From Thermoanaerobaculia bacterium (lineage in GTDB: Bacteria; Acidobacteriota; Thermoanaerobaculia; Multivoradales; UBA5704): DNA of 14,815 nt. The translations under genes and the position numbers were made by a program. The notes beneath the pieces are model-generated. The model ran no database searches. It saw only the letters and a program-made list of their open reading frames with translations, and was not told where the DNA came from. The DNA lies in the NCBI GenBank assembly GCA_044226625.1, contig JBGAGQ010000103.1, positions 1-14,815 of the forward strand, written 5' to 3'. Shown piece by piece: positions 7,232 through 14,525 of this stretch (its first letter is position 1; each line of letters starts with the position of its first letter).

Positions 7232-8530
7232 ATGAGCTCAAGCCCCTCGACCTCCGGCACCTGGCGGCCGCTCCTCTCGGGCGATCTCGCGGATCGGGTG
7301 AACCGCTCGCTCGAAGACATCGTCGCCGCCTTTCCCGACGCGCCGCCGGTCTCTCCGTACCCCGGCGAACGCAGCGGCGAATCGCCTGGGCTCGCGGGAG
7401 GCAACGCGGGCCATGCTCTGTTCTACACCTACCTCGCCGAAGCGACCGGCAAAGAGGAGCATGCCGAGCGGGCGGAAAAGTACCTCGACGAGGCGGTCGA
7501 GGCCCTCGCCAGCGAACCGATGGGCGCGAGCCTCCACGGCGGCTTCTCGGGCATCGCCTGGGTGGCGGAACATCTCCAGGGGCGCCTCTACGAAAGCGAC
7601 GAGGGAGAGGACGCCAACGAGGAGATCGACTCCGCGCTCGCCGATCTGCTCGAGCACCCCTGGACCGAAACCTACGACCTGATCGGCGGTCTGGTCGGCT
7701 TCGGCGTCTACGCGCTCGAGCGGGGCGACCGCCCGTCCGCCCGCCGGGTGCTCGAGCGAACCGTCGATCGGTTCGCCGATCTCGCCGAACGGCGCGACGG
7801 CGGCCACGTCACCTGGTTCACCCCGCCGGAGCAACTGCCCGACCACCAGCGCGAGACCAGCCCGAACGGCTACTACAACCTCGGCGTTGCGCACGGCGTG
7901 CCCGGGGCGATCCCGGTCCTCGCGGCCGCCGCGGCGGCGGGAATCGAGAAAGCCCGGCCGCTCGCGGAAGGGGCGATCTCCTGGCTGCTCTCGAGCCAGT
8001 TGCCGGCCGGTTGCGGCTCCCGTTTCGGCTATACCGTGAGCCCCGGCGTCGAGTACAACTCGCCGTCCCGGCTCGCCTGGTGCTACGGCGACCTCGGCCT
8101 CGCCGCCGCCCTGCTGGCCGCCGCGCGCGCCCTGGGGCGCAAAGACTGGGAAGAGGAGGCCCTTTCGATCGCCCGCGACTGCACCGGACATCCGGACGAG
8201 TCGGCCGGGGCGCGCGATGCCGGCCTCTGCCACGGCGGGGTGGGGATCGCCCACATCTACAACCGCCTCTACCAGGCATCCGGCGACGAAACGCTTCGCA
8301 ACGCGGCCGTGCACTGGTACGACAAATCGCTCGATCTGCGCGAGCCCGGCAAGGGCATCGGCGGCTACCAGTCGTTCTTCGGCGGTTTCAAAGGCGGGCC
8401 GGAATGGCTCGCGAGCAAGGGTTTCCTTGAAGGCGCCGCGGGGATCGGCCTCGGCCTTCTCGCCGGTGTGAGCTCGGTCGAGCCGGCCTGGGACCGCGTG
8501 CTCTGCATTTCGCTGCCGCCGCTCGACTGA
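7232..8530 (+). CDS. lanC: Lanthionine synthetase C (LanC-like cyclase), stand-alone
   Basis: 432 aa with repeated GxxG motifs (GLAGGNAG, LHGGFSG, YDLIGGLVG), catalytic His in LGVAHG, Zn ligands in AWCYGD and GLCHG, and GFLEGAAG. SD AAGGAG at 7217-7222. Confidence 0.92.
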   Translation: MSSSPSTSGTWRPLLSGDLADRVNRSLEDIVAAFPDAPPVSPYPGERSGESPGLAGGNAGHALFYTYLAEATGKEEHAERAEKYLDEAVEALASEPMGASLHGGFSGIAWVAEHLQGRLYESDEGEDANEEIDSALADLLEHPWTETYDLIGGLVGFGVYALERGDRPSARRVLERTVDRFADLAERRDGGHVTWFTPPEQLPDHQRETSPNGYYNLGVAHGVPGAIPVLAAAAAAGIEKARPLAEGAISWLLSSQLPAGCGSRFGYTVSPGVEYNSPSRLAWCYGDLGLAAALLAAARALGRKDWEEEALSIARDCTGHPDESAGARDAGLCHGGVGIAHIYNRLYQASGDETLRNAAVHWYDKSLDLREPGKGIGGYQSFFGGFKGGPEWLASKGFLEGAAGIGLGLLAGVSSVEPAWDRVLCISLPPLD

Positions 8531-8542
8531 TCGATCCGACGT

Positions 8543-8589
8543 CGATTCGTTTCAGGGGGCGGCGCGGGCTCGCCGCCCCCTCCGAATCG
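8543..8589. terminator. GC-rich hairpin between convergent lanC and TonB receptor genes (probable bidirectional terminator)
   Basis: 11-bp perfect stem AGGGGGCGGCG (8554-8564) / CGCCGCCCCCT (8571-8581) with a 6-nt loop, plus an outer CGATTCG/CGAATCG pair. No clear U-tract. Confidence 0.6.
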
Positions 8590-8596
8590 CTTCTCC

Positions 8597-10825
8597 TCAG
8601 AAGCCCAACCGAACTCCCAGCGAGACGTTACGGCCGACGAGCGGCGCTACGTCCTTGAGGAACGAGACGTGGTTACGGGCGAGCGCATCGGTCAGGTTGG
8701 TTCCGCGCAAGAGAAGATCGAGCACCGTGTTGCCGACCAGGAACCGGTACGAAAGATCGGCGTTCAAGAGGTCGTACCCTTCCGTTGGCGTCTCGAACGC
8801 CGCAACGCGATCCTGCCGCGCCGCGCGAACTCCCTCCACCTTGGCCTCGAACCGGCCTCCGCGGTAGTGCAAGGCGAGCCGGTATCGGGCGGGCGGAATC
8901 CGCGGTAGCGGATCGTTCGAGGCGCCTCGAAGGCTCGCGTGAACGAAGTCCGCGCCCCCTTCGAGATCGAGGTGGTTCGGCTCGCCGTGATACAGCCGGT
9001 AGACGGCGGACAGCTCCGCGCCGCGAAACTCGGCGTCGCGCGCGACGAAACGGACGATCTGAAGCGGCTCTTCGCCCTCAGTGAATTCGGGCGTGAAGCT
9101 CTCGTAGATGAAGCGGTCGAAGCGGTTGGCGAACAAGCTGACCTCGCCGGTGAGCCGTCCGGTCCGTTTCCGCAGAGATAGATCGAGCCCCAGGTTCACC
9201 TCCTCGCGTAGCACCGGATCCCCGATCTCGAACGCTCCGGTCGCGATGTGCGGACCGTTGGAAAACAGCTCCTCGGCGTTCGGCAGCTTGACCGACCGGG
9301 CCAGCGAGGCACCCAGCGACCAGTCGTCGTTCGGCAGCCAGACCGCGCCCAAGGACGCGGACAATCCGGAAAGATCGCGATCGATCCTGGCGGTCGTCTC
9401 TTCCGATGCGACCTCGGCCACGACCGTCTGCCGCTCGTAGCGGGCGCCCAACTGGTAGCGGAGCGGCCCGACCGAGATCTCTTGGAACGTGAACAGCGCC
9501 TGGTTGTCGGTCGTGGTCGGCGGCACGAACGACTCCTCGCCGATCGCGCTGAAATCGCGCTTCGACAGCTGCACCCCAAACGATCCGGAGAGGCGCCCGA
9601 CCGTCTGCTGCACCGCCTCCATGCGCCCTTCCCAACTGTCGTTCAGGAACCGGGTGCCGACCTCGCCCCCTTCGAGCTCGACGTGCTCGTAGTCCGTGGT
9701 GCCGAAGCGGACCTTTACCGCCGAAAGGCCGGCCACCGGCCGGTCGATCTCGCCGCGAAGGTCGGCGCGCTTCTGCGCCAGGTCGATTCTCACCTCGTCT
9801 TCGAGCGGGCTTCCGTAGACCGTATCGAAGGTCGCATAGGAAACCCCGAGGAAGCCGCGGTCGGAGACGTAGGAAAGCCCCACTCCTTTCGATTCCGCGT
9901 CGAGCGCGCTGTTGCCCACCTTGCCCGCCCCGGAGCTGTAGTCGTCGGCCTTCCGCTTCACCCCTTCGACGTGCCAGGCAAACGAGCCCAGACCGCCGTC
10001 GAGCGACGCCGCGCCGACCCGCTCGTCGGCGTTGCTGCCGGCGCGAAGATCGACCGATCCGCCGATCGGTCGGCCGGGCAGGGCGTCGGGGATCCGGCCG
10101 TCGATCACGTTCACCACCCCGCCGGTCGCGCTGCCGCCGTAAAGCAGCGTCGCCGGGCCGCGCACGATCTCGATCCGCGACGCTAGCTCCGGGTCGAACG
10201 ACACCGCGTGATCCGGGCTCGTGGTCGAGGCGTCGCCGCTGCCCAGACCGCTCTCAAGGACGCGGATCCGGTCTCCGCCCAGCCCCCGAATCACCGGCCG
10301 GCTCGCGCCGTTCCCCCAGGAGTTCGCGGCCACGCCCGGTTCCTCGGCGAGCGTCTCGCCGATCGTGCCCCGAACCTTGCGGGCGAGATCGTCGTCTGCG
10401 AGCACCGTGGTCGCCTGGGCGAGCTCGAACTGGCTCCGCGCGTCCGGACCGGCCGTCACCACGATCTCGTCGCGATGGACCGCGAGATCGAGCCGAAGCT
10501 CGACCGTCGCGGTCTCGCCCGCCGCGACCTGGACGCGATCGACCGCGCCGCCCAGGGTCGGGCTGGTCGCCTCGATCAGATAGTCGCCCGCGGGCACGTC
10601 CCCGAACCGAAAGGCGCCGTCCGCGCCCGGGGACGCGCTCCGGCGCAGGTCGATCAGGCGGACCTCGGCGTCGGACGCCGGAGCGCCCGCCGCCGAAAGG
10701 ACTCGGCCGGAGATCGCGCCGGTGGCGCTCTCCGCCCAGCCGAACCGCGGCAGCCCGAAGGCCAAGAGACAGAGTACGGAACACCGCGCAAGCGTCGCGC
10801 GGGATCGAACGATCGGATGAAACAT
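8597..10825 (-). CDS. TonB-dependent outer-membrane receptor, ZnuD-like, with N-terminal carboxypeptidase-regulatory-like domain
   Basis: Signal peptide, GAISGRV...ADGAFRF..VPAGDY domain and TonB-box-like EIVVTA. Plug motifs SRPVIRG, SPDHAV and IEIVRGPATLLYG. Barrel motifs EELFSNGPHIATGAFEIGD and ARNHVSFLKD.APL.GRN, with a C-terminal Phe. Confidence 0.93.
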   Translation of the reverse strand: MFHPIVRSRATLARCSVLCLLAFGLPRFGWAESATGAISGRVLSAAGAPASDAEVRLIDLRRSASPGADGAFRFGDVPAGDYLIEATSPTLGGAVDRVQVAAGETATVELRLDLAVHRDEIVVTAGPDARSQFELAQATTVLADDDLARKVRGTIGETLAEEPGVAANSWGNGASRPVIRGLGGDRIRVLESGLGSGDASTTSPDHAVSFDPELASRIEIVRGPATLLYGGSATGGVVNVIDGRIPDALPGRPIGGSVDLRAGSNADERVGAASLDGGLGSFAWHVEGVKRKADDYSSGAGKVGNSALDAESKGVGLSYVSDRGFLGVSYATFDTVYGSPLEDEVRIDLAQKRADLRGEIDRPVAGLSAVKVRFGTTDYEHVELEGGEVGTRFLNDSWEGRMEAVQQTVGRLSGSFGVQLSKRDFSAIGEESFVPPTTTDNQALFTFQEISVGPLRYQLGARYERQTVVAEVASEETTARIDRDLSGLSASLGAVWLPNDDWSLGASLARSVKLPNAEELFSNGPHIATGAFEIGDPVLREEVNLGLDLSLRKRTGRLTGEVSLFANRFDRFIYESFTPEFTEGEEPLQIVRFVARDAEFRGAELSAVYRLYHGEPNHLDLEGGADFVHASLRGASNDPLPRIPPARYRLALHYRGGRFEAKVEGVRAARQDRVAAFETPTEGYDLLNADLSYRFLVGNTVLDLLLRGTNLTDALARNHVSFLKDVAPLVGRNVSLGVRLGF

Positions 10826-10902
10826 GACGAGGCACTCCTCTCGGTGCCGCCCTCTCGGATGGAGGCGCAGCCCAAACGTTTCGGTGGAGGAAAGGCCCGG
10901 AG

Positions 10903-10926
10903 CGGGAGGCGCGAAGCGCCCTCCCG
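10903..10926 (-). promoter_or_regulatory. Stem-loop in the 132-nt spacer between the RAPP leader ORF and the TonB receptor
   Basis: CGGGAG-G-GCGC-TTC-GCGC-CTCCCG on the minus strand (10-bp stem, 1-nt bulge). A second small hairpin GGCAC-cgagagga-GTGCC encloses most of the receptor SD. Confidence 0.45.
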
Positions 10927-10957
10927 GATCAGGGACCCGACAAAAACCCGAGACGGA

Positions 10958-11329
10958 TCAGGAGAGGAGAGAAGGTGGGGCGCGTCCCCGGCTCGAGAGT
11001 CCGGGGCGGGTGCTGGGAGAAAACGCCGCGTTGCCGACGGCGCGGAGGTCTGCTGCCGGAACTTCCGTCGAGATCCTCGCGGCGGGCAAGCCGCCACGCG
11101 TCTCCAGACGATGGAGGCAGGCGGGGCACTCCGGATGGGCGGCCTCATTCCCCGGTTCGACGTGGAGCGGCTGATCCGGATGCGCGGCTCCCGGGAAGAA
11201 CGGGACGGCCGGACGAATCGCCTCGGAGTGCGCCTCGCCGGGCGTATGAAGCTCCGCCAGCCCCGGAATCAGGAGCAGCAAAGCAAGCGGCGCAAAGCGA
11301 GCGGCGAACCGGGACTGACGACGACGCAT
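10958..11329 (-). CDS. DUF2946/CruR-like leader protein: N-terminal hydrophobic segment, His-rich region, CxxC, C-terminal RAPP
   Basis: MRRRQSRFAARFAPLALLLLIPGLAELH...H...H...H...HPECPACLH...SSRGRAPPSLLS. CPAC at 11117-11128 and RAPP at 10973-10984. It is co-oriented and directly upstream of the TonB receptor. Alternative GTG start at 11338. Confidence 0.8.
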   Translation of the reverse strand: MRRRQSRFAARFAPLALLLLIPGLAELHTPGEAHSEAIRPAVPFFPGAAHPDQPLHVEPGNEAAHPECPACLHRLETRGGLPAARISTEVPAADLRAVGNAAFSPSTRPGLSSRGRAPPSLLS

Positions 11330-11345
11330 TGAGAACACGTTATCA
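11330..11345 (-). promoter_or_regulatory. Extended -10 promoter (TG-A-TAACGT, 7 nt before ATG 11329) embedded in a 7-2-7 inverted repeat TGAGAAC-AC-GTTATCA (possible Fur/Zur-family operator)
   Basis: AT-rich near-palindrome with 1 mismatch in GC-rich DNA. Half-sites resemble the Fur-family TGATAAT, but the spacer is 2 nt rather than the canonical 1 nt. Confidence 0.45.
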
Positions 11346-11375
11346 GAACACCCACGGCACCGATACTCCCCCCGC

Positions 11376-11381
11376 TATACT
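11376..11381 (+). promoter_or_regulatory. -10 box TATACT 8 nt before the helicase ATG (leaderless or near-leaderless)
   Basis: TATACT-cccgcccc-ATG, with no SD. Confidence 0.55.
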
Positions 11382-11389
11382 CCCGCCCC

Positions 11390-13852
11390 ATGGCTCCGCG
11401 CTTCGACGCCACACGGCGAGCGCTCGATCTTGCGGTCGCCGACTTGCTCGACACCTCCCTGTTGCGCTCGCTCGGTTTCGCGAACCGCGGCGGCTACGAG
11501 CGGATGTGGCTGGGCCAGGCGATCCACAGCCGCTATCAAGAGCAGACGCTCGGCGAGGACCCCACGTACCGGCGCGAGGTCGTGGTGGTCCACCGCTTCG
11601 AGCACCACGTGGGCCAGAGCGTCTGGCAGATCTCGGTCTCGGGGCGGATCGACGGTCTGAGGAAGGAGCCGGACGGCACCCTGGTCGTCGAGGAGATCAA
11701 ATCGGTCCGCCGCGGCGCGACCCTCGCGCCGCATCTGCGCGAGATGTACCAGCGCCAGGCGCTGCTTTATGCCTGGATGCTCGCGTCGAGCGGCGAGGTG
11801 ACGGAGAAGATCCGCGCCGAGCTGGTCTTGATCTCGATCGGCAGCCACGACGACGGATCGGGGGAATCCGACACCGAGCGCGAGTCGCTGCCTTTCGACG
11901 GTCGGGCGATCGAGATCGGCGTCCGCCGCCGTCTAAACCTGCTGATTCACACCTGGGAGGCCGGTCGCCAGGCCGCGGCCGACCGGCGGCGCGCGGCCGA
12001 GCGGCTGCGGTTCCCGTTCTCCGAGATCCGCCCCGGCCAGGAGGAGATCCTCGCCGCCGCCCAGACCGCGGTCGAGAACCGCGAGCACCTGCTGCTCCAG
12101 GCGACGACCGGGATCGGCAAGACGGTCGCCGCGCTCTATCCCGCCCTCCGCCACGCGCTCGCCAACGACCAGCGGCTGTTCGTCCTCACCGCCAAGACCA
12201 CGCAGCAGGAGATGGCGACCGCGGTGATCCGGCTGCTCGATCAGGACGGCGCCTTCTCCGCCGTGCGCCTGCGGGCGAAGGCGAAGATGTGCGCGAACGA
12301 CCAGATCATCTGCCACGAGGAGTACTGCCGGTTCGCCAAGGACTACGCGCTCAAGCTCCACACGAGCGGGATCGTCCCGCGGCTGCTCGACGACTCGGCG
12401 CTGCTCCTGCCGGATGCGATCTTCGCCGCCGCGCAAGCCGCCGAGGTCTGCCCGTTCGAGGTCAGCCTGGAGCTGTCCGGCCGCGCCCAGGTGACGATCT
12501 GCGACTACAACTACGCGTTCGATCCGTACGTCTCGCTTCCGGACTTCGCGGCCGACCGCGATCTGGCCGACACGATCCTGGTGATCGACGAGGTGCACAA
12601 CCTGGTCGACCGCGGACGCGGCTACTACTCCCCGGAGCTCTCGGCGGCGGTCGCCCGTCGCGCCGCCGAAGGGGTAATGCGCGGCGGCGAGCCGATCCAC
12701 TGGAGGCTCCAGGCGCTCTGCTCGCGGCTCGCCGCGCTGATCGACCGCGCGGTGGCCGACGCGCTCGAAGAGGGGCCCGCGGGCGAGCGGGCGGTCGAGG
12801 CGTCGCTGCCGGACGAGGCGCTTTGGCGCCTGCGGCCGGCGTTCGACGAGGCGTTCGTCGACTACCTGGAGCACCAGCGCGACACCAAGAGCTTCCGCCC
12901 CGACGATCCGTTCGTCGACCTCTATTTCCAGCTGCTCAAGTTCCTGAACGGCCTCGCGGTTTCGGACGGCGCCTTCAGCCACATGCTCGAGCGGCGCGGC
13001 GGCGACAGCCGCCTCCGTGTCCTGTGCAAGGACCCGAGCCGTTTCCTCGGCGGGGTGCTCTCGCGCTGCAGCTCGGTGATCGGCCTCTCGGCCACCCTCT
13101 CGCCGCCGGAGTTCTACACCGGCCTGCTCGGCTTCGCGCCGGGGCGGACCGCGTTCGTCGAGGTGCGCAATCCCTTCCCCACCGAGAATCGACGCGTGGT
13201 GATCGACGCCACGGTCGAGACCACCTGGAAGCTGCGCGGGGAAAACTACGAGCGCATCGCCCACCGGCTCGCCTCGTTCGTCGAAAACGTGCCGGGCAAC
13301 TGCCTCGCGCTCTTTCCCAGCTATCAGTTCCTCGCCGAGGTCGCGCCGAAGATGCGCCTGCCCACGAAACGCCTGCTGATCCAGCGCCAGAGCGATTCGG
13401 ACCGCGAGCGCGAGTTGATCCTCGACGCGCTCCGCTCGGCAATCTTCGGCGACGTGGTGCTCGCCGCGGTCGCCGGAGGCGCGTTCGCCGAGGGGGTCGA
13501 CTATCCCGGCGAGATGCTCAAGGGGGTGGCGGTGGTCGGTCCCTGCCTGCCCGGCCTATCTCTCGACCAGGAGCTGCTCAAGATTTATTACGAAGAGCGC
13601 TTCGAGAAGGGGTTCGAGTACGCGTTCGTCGTCCCCGGGCTCACCCGGGTCGTCCAAGCGGCCGGCCGGCTGATCCGGTCCCCCGGCGACACGGGAGTGA
13701 TCGCCCTCTTCGACCGGCGGTTCCTCGCCTCGCCCTATCGGCGCTACCTGCCGGCCGACTGGCTGCCGGACGAGGGAGCGGGAGCCCTGGTGGGCGACCC
13801 GGCCGAGTCGGCGGCGGAGTTCTTCGCCCAGATCCGCGCCACCCAGACCTGA
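11390..13852 (+). CDS. ATP-dependent DNA helicase, DinG/XPD (Rad3) family with Fe-S cluster, fused to an N-terminal PD-(D/E)XK (RecB/Cas4-like) nuclease domain
   Basis: Nuclease motifs GQAIH, GRIDG, EEIKS and QALLYA. Helicase Q motif (RPGQ), Walker A ATTGIGKT, four Fe-S Cys (KMC...ICHEEYC...CPFE), ICDYNY, Walker B IDEVHNL, SATL, FPSY, FAEGVD, QAAGRLIR and DRRF. Confidence 0.92.
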   Translation: MAPRFDATRRALDLAVADLLDTSLLRSLGFANRGGYERMWLGQAIHSRYQEQTLGEDPTYRREVVVVHRFEHHVGQSVWQISVSGRIDGLRKEPDGTLVVEEIKSVRRGATLAPHLREMYQRQALLYAWMLASSGEVTEKIRAELVLISIGSHDDGSGESDTERESLPFDGRAIEIGVRRRLNLLIHTWEAGRQAAADRRRAAERLRFPFSEIRPGQEEILAAAQTAVENREHLLLQATTGIGKTVAALYPALRHALANDQRLFVLTAKTTQQEMATAVIRLLDQDGAFSAVRLRAKAKMCANDQIICHEEYCRFAKDYALKLHTSGIVPRLLDDSALLLPDAIFAAAQAAEVCPFEVSLELSGRAQVTICDYNYAFDPYVSLPDFAADRDLADTILVIDEVHNLVDRGRGYYSPELSAAVARRAAEGVMRGGEPIHWRLQALCSRLAALIDRAVADALEEGPAGERAVEASLPDEALWRLRPAFDEAFVDYLEHQRDTKSFRPDDPFVDLYFQLLKFLNGLAVSDGAFSHMLERRGGDSRLRVLCKDPSRFLGGVLSRCSSVIGLSATLSPPEFYTGLLGFAPGRTAFVEVRNPFPTENRRVVIDATVETTWKLRGENYERIAHRLASFVENVPGNCLALFPSYQFLAEVAPKMRLPTKRLLIQRQSDSDRERELILDALRSAIFGDVVLAAVAGGAFAEGVDYPGEMLKGVAVVGPCLPGLSLDQELLKIYYEERFEKGFEYAFVVPGLTRVVQAAGRLIRSPGDTGVIALFDRRFLASPYRRYLPADWLPDEGAGALVGDPAESAAEFFAQIRATQT

Positions 13853-13944
13853 GGGGCCAACGCGTTCGGAGGGCGCTGCGTATAACCGGTTGGAGAAGGC
13901 ACAGAACCGACAATCTCAATCTCTCCTCCTCCCTTCGCGCGACT

Positions 13945-14047
13945 TTTTTGCCCGGCTAACCCTCCACCGGATTTGCCATGGCGGAAAATCTGTCGCGCGT
14001 TTGCGTGCTGCTTTTTGCCCGGCTAACCCGAATTTCTCACCGGATTT
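13945..14047. repeat. Pair of direct repeats: TTTTTGCCCGGCTAACCC (13945-13962, 14012-14029), each followed by CACCGGATTT (13965-13974, 14038-14047)
   Basis: Exact 18-bp and 10-bp duplications, read directly. Confidence 0.8.
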
Positions 14048-14147
14048 CTGCTGCGGCGGATCGGCGCCTGCTGCATTGCGCTCGTTCGACGTCCCTACCC
14101 GCCCGGACGCCCCGGCGTCGGCCGAAGGGAGCGAGCCGACGGCGGTA

Positions 14148-14450
14148 CGTCCCGCGTTCGCCGAGCTCGTCCCGTTTTCCGAGTGCACGTCCCATTCGCC
14201 GAGCGTACGTCTCAGTTCACGGTCGCTCGGTCCCCGTTCTCTGGAATTACGTCCCGCATTCTGGATTTGCGTCCCGTTCTCTGGATATTCGTCCCGATCT
14301 CCCGTAGAAACGTCCCGTATTATGGATTTGCGTCCCGTATCCTGCCAATTCGTCCCGTACTCTGTTAATTCGTCCCATATCCTGCTAATTCGTCCCGTAT
14401 TCTGTATTAACGTCCCGTATTCCGAATATACGTCCCGTACTCTGGACTAA
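14148..14450. repeat. Tandem array of 15 units, 20-bp period, consensus CGTCCCR-N6-G-N6
   Basis: Unit starts at 14148, 14168, 14188, 14208, 14228 (22 nt, degenerate), 14250, 14270, 14290 (21 nt), 14311, 14331, 14351, 14371, 14391, 14411 and 14431. Confidence 0.92.
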
Positions 14451-14525
14451 GCGGCGCCGCTCCCATCCCAGCTCCTGGCGCGCGTAGGTGCGGTCGACGT
14501 GGTTGGCTCCGGCCCCCCTCCTGGC

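Noticed and set aside
11390-13852. Type IV CRISPR CasDinG/Cas4
   Set aside because: No csf/cas genes or true array nearby. The nuclease domain lacks Cas4 cysteines, and the helicase looks like the stand-alone Fe-S Rad3-like type.
10975-13959. 994-aa alternative-frame ORF, and other long Arg/Gly/Pro-rich ORFs (946-2436, 2913-4118, 5220-6362, 7174-8430, 7238-8314, 10208-11332, 11933-13264)
   Set aside because: Shadow ORFs of high-GC coding DNA. They overlap genes with clear family motifs and have none of their own.
14148-14450. CRISPR array
   Set aside because: The constant part is only 7 nt and the variable part 13 nt and partly conserved. CRISPR repeats and spacers are much longer, and no cas genes are present.
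13890-14450. 186-aa ORF spanning the 20-bp array and ending exactly at its last unit
   Set aside because: TTG start without an SD, no recognisable domain, and a 20-nt period that cycles through reading frames. Probably incidental, although the coincident stop means it is not fully excluded.
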